A stretch of DNA of 64,000 nucleotides from Patescibacteria group bacterium (lineage in GTDB: Bacteria; Patescibacteriota; Patescibacteriia; JAHJFT01): assembly GCA_028710985.1 (NCBI GenBank), contig JAQTTB010000001.1:523014-587013 (forward strand), written 5' to 3'. Under the pieces are notes generated by a model. It was not told the origin of the DNA, did not search any database, and worked only from the letters and a program-made list of their open reading frames with translations. How positions within the stretch are numbered: position 1 is the first letter of the stretch; each line of letters opens with the position of its first letter. Below are positions 58,088 through 64,000 of this stretch, in pieces. The translations under genes and the position numbers were made by a program.

Positions 58088-60067
58088 ATGGCGTTTAAAA
58101 ATCTTTTTGAGCCGATAATGATCGGCTCGCTCAAATTAAAAAATCGTTTGGTCCTGCCACCCATGGTGCGAAACTGGGCAACCGAACGCGGCGAGGTGAC
58201 CGACCGATTGGTGGATCATTATGCCGCCCTCGCTCGCGGCGGTACGGCCATGCTGATTCTTGAGGCGATCTATGTTTCGCCCGAGGGTCGCGGCTTTACT
58301 TATCAGATGGGCATCGATAATGATGCCTTGGTTCCGGGACTAAAAAAATTAGTTGATGCCGCGCATCAATATGGCGCGGCAATCGGGCCGCAGCTATATC
58401 ATGCCGGCCGCCAGACAAACTCAAAAACTATCAGCCAGCCGCCGGTCGCGCCTTCGCCCATCCCGTGCCCGGTTCAGCGGGAAATGCCGCGCGAACTCTC
58501 GGCCGAGGAAATTTCCGAAATTGAAAACGCCTTCGCCGCGGCCGCCCTGCGCGCCAAGGGAGCGGGATTTGATTTTGTTGAAGTGCACGGTGCGCACGGT
58601 TATCTCATTACGCAATTTTTATCCGCGTATTCAAACAAAAGAAAAGACGCGTACGGCGGCGATCTTGAAGGCCGCATGGCATTTTTAAAAAATATCATTA
58701 AAAAAATTAGAGCTGCGGTTGGCCCGGATTATCCCGTGACCGTGCGGCTTTCGGGTGAGGAGCGCGTTCCCGGCGGTCTCACCATTGACGACACGAAAAA
58801 AATCGTCAAAGAGCTGGAAAAACTCGGCATTGACGCGGTGCACATTTCCGTCGGCAATTACGGAAGCTTTGCCGAGGGACTCATGATTCCGACCATGGCC
58901 GCGCCGACCGGAGCGCTGGTATATCTCGCCGAACAGGTGAAGAAATCAACCAGGCTGCCGGTAATCGCGGTCGGAAAAATCAACACCCCCGAACTCGCTG
59001 AAGAAATTATTGCGAACGGCCAGGCCGATATGGTTGCCCTCGGCCGGGAGCTTATGGCCGATCCGGAATGGCCGAACAAGGTGCGCGATGGCCGCGCCGA
59101 TGAGATTCAGCGGTGCATTGCCTGCAACCAGGGATGCATTGACCGGCTGTTTGCCGGGCTTGATACTCAGTGCGTGGTCAATCCGCTTTTCGGGCGCGAA
59201 CGCGAATTCGCGGTTACCCCGGCGGCTGATTTAAAAAAAATCATGGTGATCGGCGGCGGTCCGGCGGGCATGCAGGCCGCGATTGTCGCCAAGAAACGCG
59301 GACATGGAGTTGCGATTTATGAACAAGGAAGCGAACTTGGCGGCGCTTTGCTTTTTGCGCAGAAACCGCCGCATCGCGAGGGCATCGCCTGGCTGGTTAA
59401 GGATTTTATCGCTCAAATACACGAACTCGGCATTGAGGAAAATTTCAATACCGAAGTGACGCCCGAACTTGTCGCCGAGGTCAAACCCGACGCGATTATT
59501 ATCGCCACCGGCTCGGAGTGTGCCCTTCCTCCGATTCCGGGAGTAAATCTGCCGAACGTGATGTCGCCGCGCGATGTTCTTTCCGGCCAGGTCAGAGTTG
59601 GAAATAGTGTTATCGTCGCTGGCGGCGGCTGTGTCGGCGCCGAGGTAGCCGAATATTTGGTCGAGCGCGGACATAAAGTGAAAATTGTGGAAATGAGAGA
59701 GGCGATTGTCAGCGATCTTGGATTTGCGGACGGCGTTCAGCTGCGCGCCCGTTTGGAAAAACTTGGCGTTGAAATTTTTACAAAAACAAAAATTCTTGAA
59801 ATAAAAAAAGACGGTATTGTGATTGAGCGCGAAGGCCTGCCTGCTCGCCTCGCTGAAGCTGTGGCGAAGCGGGCCGGTAGGCAGGGCAAACGCGATGAAA
59901 TCGGTGGCGAGAGTCTGGTGCTTTGCCTCGGCTCAAAATCGGTTAATGATCTCGAAAAATTGCTCGTCGGAGCCGCGTCCGAAATCGTGGTTGTCGGCGA
60001 CGCCGTGGAACCGCGGCGTATTCTTGAAGCGGTCTACGAAGGCTATGCCGCCGGATTAAATATTTAA
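58088..60067 (+). CDS. NADH:flavin oxidoreductase of the Old-Yellow-Enzyme / 2,4-dienoyl-CoA-reductase type with C-terminal FAD/NAD(P)-binding domain
   Basis: Start set at MAFKNLFEPIMIGSLKLKNRLVLPPM. OYE TIM barrel (HGAHGYLITQFLS), Cys cluster CIACNQGC, then GGGPAGMQAA Rossmann motif. Confidence 0.85.
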   Translation: MAFKNLFEPIMIGSLKLKNRLVLPPMVRNWATERGEVTDRLVDHYAALARGGTAMLILEAIYVSPEGRGFTYQMGIDNDALVPGLKKLVDAAHQYGAAIGPQLYHAGRQTNSKTISQPPVAPSPIPCPVQREMPRELSAEEISEIENAFAAAALRAKGAGFDFVEVHGAHGYLITQFLSAYSNKRKDAYGGDLEGRMAFLKNIIKKIRAAVGPDYPVTVRLSGEERVPGGLTIDDTKKIVKELEKLGIDAVHISVGNYGSFAEGLMIPTMAAPTGALVYLAEQVKKSTRLPVIAVGKINTPELAEEIIANGQADMVALGRELMADPEWPNKVRDGRADEIQRCIACNQGCIDRLFAGLDTQCVVNPLFGREREFAVTPAADLKKIMVIGGGPAGMQAAIVAKKRGHGVAIYEQGSELGGALLFAQKPPHREGIAWLVKDFIAQIHELGIEENFNTEVTPELVAEVKPDAIIIATGSECALPPIPGVNLPNVMSPRDVLSGQVRVGNSVIVAGGGCVGAEVAEYLVERGHKVKIVEMREAIVSDLGFADGVQLRARLEKLGVEIFTKTKILEIKKDGIVIEREGLPARLAEAVAKRAGRQGKRDEIGGESLVLCLGSKSVNDLEKLLVGAASEIVVVGDAVEPRRILEAVYEGYAAGLNI

Positions 60068-60071
60068 AAAT

Positions 60072-60836
60072 ATGAAACTTGAAAAAACATTGAACAAGCT
60101 CGGACTCTCGGACAAGGAAGCGCGCGTCTACCTCGCCGCGCTTGAACTCGGGCCCGAGGCCGTGCAGGAGATTGCCAAAAAATCCGGCGTCAACCGCGCC
60201 ACCACTTACGTGATGATTGAGTCGCTCATCCGGCGCGGGCTCATGAGCTCATACGAGCAGGGGAAAAAACGGCTTTTCGCGCCAGAAGAACCCAACCGGC
60301 TTTTTAACTCTCTGAAATCCGCGGAGCAGGAAATTGAAGAAAGACAAAGCGCGCTTAAGTCAATCATGCCCGATCTTCTCGCCATTTGCGCTGGCGCCGA
60401 AAACAAGCCGCGCATCAGATTATTTGAGGGCTACGAAGGCATCATCTCCATAAAACAAGATATTCAGGAATCGGGAACTGATTATATGGATAACATACTT
60501 GATATGGATGAATTCAAAAGAATATTTTCTGGCCATGAGTTTGATGAGCAGAATAAAAAATTTTTTAAAAGTAAATTAAACTATCGCTGCATTTTAACCT
60601 CCGGTCCGCTGGAACAAGAAATATTAGAAAAGTTTAAAGTGTTTTCTGGCATCAGATTCTTGGAAAGAGGAAAATTTTTTTTCCCGGGAGAGATCGGGAT
60701 GTACGCAAACAAGTCCGCGTTCCTAACTTATCGCGGCACCATGATCGGCGTAATAATTGAAAGTGCGGAAATCAATCAAATGCTTCGGGCCATGTTCAGC
60801 ATGCTTTGGGAGATGAATATTGGCGAAAAATTATAA
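60072..60836 (+). CDS. TrmB-family transcriptional regulator (paralogue of 57298)
   Basis: LSDKEARVYLAALELGPEAVQEIAKKSGVNRATTYVMI wHTH. Confidence 0.65.
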   Translation: MKLEKTLNKLGLSDKEARVYLAALELGPEAVQEIAKKSGVNRATTYVMIESLIRRGLMSSYEQGKKRLFAPEEPNRLFNSLKSAEQEIEERQSALKSIMPDLLAICAGAENKPRIRLFEGYEGIISIKQDIQESGTDYMDNILDMDEFKRIFSGHEFDEQNKKFFKSKLNYRCILTSGPLEQEILEKFKVFSGIRFLERGKFFFPGEIGMYANKSAFLTYRGTMIGVIIESAEINQMLRAMFSMLWEMNIGEKL

Positions 60837-60965
60837 AAAAAGACACCGACCGAGTACCGGTGGTGCCGTGCATATCCCCCAATTTATTGAGATTCCTCCC
60901 GAATTTTTCTTCTGAACTTTATGTTAAGGCTTGAAAGCTTGCCGTTTACGTTATATGCGGCATCG

Positions 60966-61343
60966 TTAGCCACCCCAGCCGCAATTGCAGTGCCGGACCG
61001 CGGACTTGCGCCAGCGGCGCATGTATGGCGTCTTCCAGCCCTTGAGGACCGGATCGTCCGCCGCCTGAAACGCGCTCTCCATGAGCGCGATTTTGTTTAC
61101 TTCGGTCGCAGAGGCACCGCGTGCCCTGCCCGGCATGTTGTTTGCATTCTCCCTTGGGAGAGCGGCAAACTCCGGACAAAGCAGTACGTCATCGCACTTA
61201 CTCGCCAGCCGCTCTCCCTCGGATCCGTGTGGAACCCTGGAAAGTGACTTTGCTTCTCGGAAAAACTCGCTGATTGGCTGCTTCAGTACGCTTGCCATCA
61301 TTCTGTTTTCCGTGAGCACGAGTTTGCGCGATAGACTTGGCAT
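60966..61343 (-). CDS. hypothetical protein
   Basis: 125-aa ORF with AGGAGG SD 6 nt before the ATG. Competes with plus-strand ORF 60921..61247, which has no SD. Confidence 0.35.
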   Translation of the reverse strand: MPSLSRKLVLTENRMMASVLKQPISEFFREAKSLSRVPHGSEGERLASKCDDVLLCPEFAALPRENANNMPGRARGASATEVNKIALMESAFQAADDPVLKGWKTPYMRRWRKSAVRHCNCGWGG

Positions 61344-61389
61344 GATATTCCTCCTTGAGCACGGTTTAGAATTAACTGGCCTGCATTGA

Positions 61390-62460
61390 TGATTTGGACC
61401 TTATAATTGGTTTTGTTCTTGGCCGCGAATCGCCAATATCCGGTTTACCCCACAAGGGGAACCGGCCACTATATCACAAGATTTCACGCTTGTCAATGGA
61501 GGGGGGGATGTGTTAAAAAAGCGGACATCTTGTCCGCATTTTTTGTTCGTAAATCGGTAAATTGATTTGAATTTTAGATAATTCTGTCAGCAACTCTTGA
61601 CAAATTCCGCAGAGCGTACTAATGTTCAAGGTTCGTTGCGAAAATAATATTTTCAGGGTTGTGTAAATAAGTTTGAAGTAAAAATATTACGGGAGGGGAT
61701 TGAGGGCCAATCTCGCAAATCCTACTTATCTACACCATTGTGAAAATTTTGTCAAGCGATTGACAGATTAATCACGCGTAGAGGAGAAAGATAAGAATGC
61801 CTTGGTATATCTCGTAGTGCCGGGGCGTTTTTGTATTGTAGTAGATGATTGTGGACTTGTATAAAACGAAAACAGACCCAGAAGGGATCTGTCAGGAAAT
61901 TAAGCACTTGAAATGATTTATTGGTTCATTTCAGACCAGGACAGCTTTCCGCCTCACCACTTGTCTTCCCACGGCATGGAAAGACACCAGGTGACTGATG
62001 GGGGCTTGATCGTGTCTAGATCGTGTTTTGTGGCTCCTTAGGCCACGCCTTTTACCTGAATCCGCTCATGTCCTCTTGTCCTCCTTGGCTGATCGAAGTC
62101 CGAGAGCATCGTAGCACTAGCACAACATGCCCATATAATATCACATTTTGGCACTTTTGTCAAGAGACTGCCAGCCCGCAGCAAAGCTGCGGGCAATTTT
62201 AAGTTGTAAATTTTAAATTTTAATTCAAGCCCCAATTTCTAAATTTTTAATAACAAAATGTCGCGTCGCTGCTTGTTTGAAGAATTTTGAATTTATAATT
62301 TAAAATTGAATTATAATTTAAAATTAAAAAAGTCCTCATTTTGCATTACGCGCAAAAGAGGACCGGCACCCAATTCTTATATTAACAAACAATTTATTAG
62401 CATAAGGATTGTGAGCGCTTTTTGACAGAATGTCGAGGCGCGCTCGAGAATACCTCGGAA
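61390..62460. other. AT-rich ~1.1-kb gene-poor region with internal bidirectional terminator and short AT tandem repeats
   Basis: No ORF longer than 65 aa. Terminator AAAAAAGCGGACATCTTGTCCGCATTTTTTG at 61516-61546. Tandem AATTATAATTTAAAATT repeats at 62286-62330. Lower GC than the flanks. Confidence 0.4.
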
Positions 62461-62464
62461 GGAG

Positions 62465-63682
62465 CTAGTGAACGAACGGGTCCCAGTCGTTGTCATCGCT
62501 GCCGCCGCACCAATCTGCCTCATAATCGTCTCGATCGTGATCCGGGCAGACCGAGAAGTAATGGGGGCCGAGTTGGGGTTCGGGCGTGCAGCGTTCCGAG
62601 GTTGTGGTCTTGCCTGCGACCCGCAAGTCGTTGAGGTTCAGAAGCCCGAACTGGACTTCGCCGCTATAAAGACCTATATAGATCCTTACCTTCAGGTATG
62701 GATTGTCGATTTCCGGCATCGTTATATTCTCGAAAACGAAACCGCCATCATCTTCTTGGGCTACGTTTCCGAGAAAGGCATCTACCGACATGCCGTCTCT
62801 GACGCCATGCGCCCAAAGGATTGCGACAATTCCTGCGGGGCCTCCGCTTATCGGGATCGGTGTTTCGCCGCGCGTCTGATGCACGGCCAACCGTTCGATC
62901 GTATCACCCGGTTCCAGATTGGTTGTGGCAAAGGAAAGCAAGTATTCATCCGGACTCTCCATATACCACAGCGTGGGGGATTCGGGAACGCATGAGTAGA
63001 TCAGCTCGAGGCCGATCGCCACCTGGCCTTCGGGAACCCCGTCCTCGAATGGGCAAAAGCCCGATTCGCCTGGGCAGTTGTGTTCGCACACACCCTCGTC
63101 GATCTCGCCGTCACAGTCGTTGTCGTGGATGAGGTCGCATACTTCTTCAGCGCCCGGATGGATGTCGGCGCGATGATCGTTGCAGTCGTCGCCATTCGTC
63201 ACGTACCCCGGGGGCATCTCGGTGGCCGGACAGTGTAGAGAAGTGCTGGTGCTGTCCACTCCGCCGAACCCGTCGCCGTCTTCGTCAAAGAATATCAGGA
63301 CGCGGTCGATCTGGTCATGGACGCACGCGCCGTCGAAGCCGCACACGTCCATGGTGCACAGATCGCCGTCGTCGCAGTCCAGGTGACTCTCGCAGGACGG
63401 GGAGCAGAGGGGGTCCTCGCTCGGTGTCTGTACGCACGCGCCGCTCTCGCAGCTACCTATAGTGCACGGATCTTCGTCCATGCAGTCCGAGTCTTCGTCG
63501 CATTCCAGACAATCCGGAATCGCGAAGTGCTGGCACTCGGCCACGGAGTCGCACACATCGCTGGTGCACGGGTCACCGTCGTCGCAGTCGGTTGAGCACT
63601 CGATCGGATCGCCGTCGACCCTATCCGTTCCGTAGCATCCCATGAGCATCGCGGCCACGAACAGTATTACGATATTCCTCAT
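62465..63682 (-). CDS. Cys-rich secreted lipoprotein with MopE-type putative metal-binding motif and CxxDxDCxDxDPCTxDxC repeats
   Basis: Lipobox LMGC. Repeats CDDGDPCTSDVC, CMDEDPCTIGSC, CDDGDLCTMDVC. CNDHRADIHPGAEEVCDLIHDNDCDGEIDEG matches the MopE-like motif. GGGAGG SD. GC-rich relative to neighbours. Confidence 0.65.
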   Translation of the reverse strand: MRNIVILFVAAMLMGCYGTDRVDGDPIECSTDCDDGDPCTSDVCDSVAECQHFAIPDCLECDEDSDCMDEDPCTIGSCESGACVQTPSEDPLCSPSCESHLDCDDGDLCTMDVCGFDGACVHDQIDRVLIFFDEDGDGFGGVDSTSTSLHCPATEMPPGYVTNGDDCNDHRADIHPGAEEVCDLIHDNDCDGEIDEGVCEHNCPGESGFCPFEDGVPEGQVAIGLELIYSCVPESPTLWYMESPDEYLLSFATTNLEPGDTIERLAVHQTRGETPIPISGGPAGIVAILWAHGVRDGMSVDAFLGNVAQEDDGGFVFENITMPEIDNPYLKVRIYIGLYSGEVQFGLLNLNDLRVAGKTTTSERCTPEPQLGPHYFSVCPDHDRDDYEADWCGGSDDNDWDPFVH

Positions 63683-64000
63683 CTCATCCTCCCGCCTCCG
63701 ACACCGTCGGAGGACTTGTTGCGTTGTTTAGGAACACCTGGACCGACAAATTTTTTATCAGCTCGGGTGTTGGCTGAATTAGATTCAGCCAAGAAAATGT
63801 TGAAGGAGCATCTCTCACCATGCCGACGGGGTGATGACGATGTAGCTGACGAACTTGCCGTCGTACTCCTTGGCCAGGTAGGCCGTTAGAGCACTCGCCA
63901 CATTCCCATCGGGCTGGAACTGCACATCCAGCGCTATGTGTCTCTTCGTTCCGTCGAGTTCTACGTAGTTAGCGATCACTTTTATCTCTCGAGCGTTGAG

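Noticed and set aside
60921-61247. Plus-strand 108-aa ORF overlapping the 60966..61343 minus-strand ORF
   Set aside because: No SD. The minus-strand alternative has AGGAGG at ideal spacing. Both remain weak.
61390-62460. Searched the AT-rich non-coding region for tRNA, tmRNA, RNase P or SRP RNA signatures
   Set aside because: No GGTTCGAATCC-type T-loop, no tmRNA tag reading frame with acceptor end, and no RNase P P4 or SRP domain IV consensus could be recognised by eye. Left as unassigned non-coding DNA.

Overview
The window is a 64-kb stretch of a small, gene-dense bacterial chromosome. Gene content and organisation (r-protein operons split between two sites, many small secreted and membrane proteins, a glycosyltransferase-rich envelope locus) fit a reduced-genome Patescibacteria/CPR-like lineage; that assignment is inference only. 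No rRNA or tRNA gene and no CRISPR array was found.

Housekeeping genes called from sequence: dnaE, thrS, miaB-miaA, gatB, the contiguous minus-strand operon dCMP deaminase / P-loop kinase / dut / thyA / DHFR-like / tmk, secE-nusG-rplK-rplA, gyrB, a FtsW/RodA-family (SEDS) gene, rplY, prmC, prfA, rpmE, queA-metK, a cyclophilin, the rplJ leader with rplJ-rplL, mreB inside a polysaccharide locus (three GT2, DUF4012, GT4), two TrmB-like regulators flanking an OYE/FadH-type reductase, and a TM0106-type RecB-family nuclease.

The most interesting accessory locus is a ~1.8-kb insertion-like module at 44.46-46.33 kb between rplL and a large membrane-protein gene. It holds a 301-aa stand-alone reverse transcriptase with its own sigma70-like promoter and Shine-Dalgarno. 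Upstream on the same strand lie two tandem, diverged, highly structured ~380-nt non-coding units, each ending in an intrinsic terminator. The whole module is bracketed by near-identical 44-bp direct repeats. It resembles a retron- or defence-RT-like RT plus ncRNA system, but the arrangement is unusual (two ncRNA units, no effector gene).

The second accessory locus is a ~2.7-kb insertion that splits the normally adjacent prfA and prmC. It carries a cluster of GTAGGGGCG...CGCCCCTAC palindromes, a hypothetical gene, and two tandem paralogous membrane-anchored proteins. The paralogs share a near-identical 5' leader and N-terminus but have different C-terminal domains. The second copy has a G10 homopolymer inside its promoter spacer, which makes it a candidate phase-variation switch.

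Other points: several families of sequence-conserved terminator hairpins; a 49-bp element present in inverted orientation inside two unrelated ORFs; and a compositionally distinct right-hand end (61.4-63.7 kb) with a Cys-rich MopE-motif lipoprotein.
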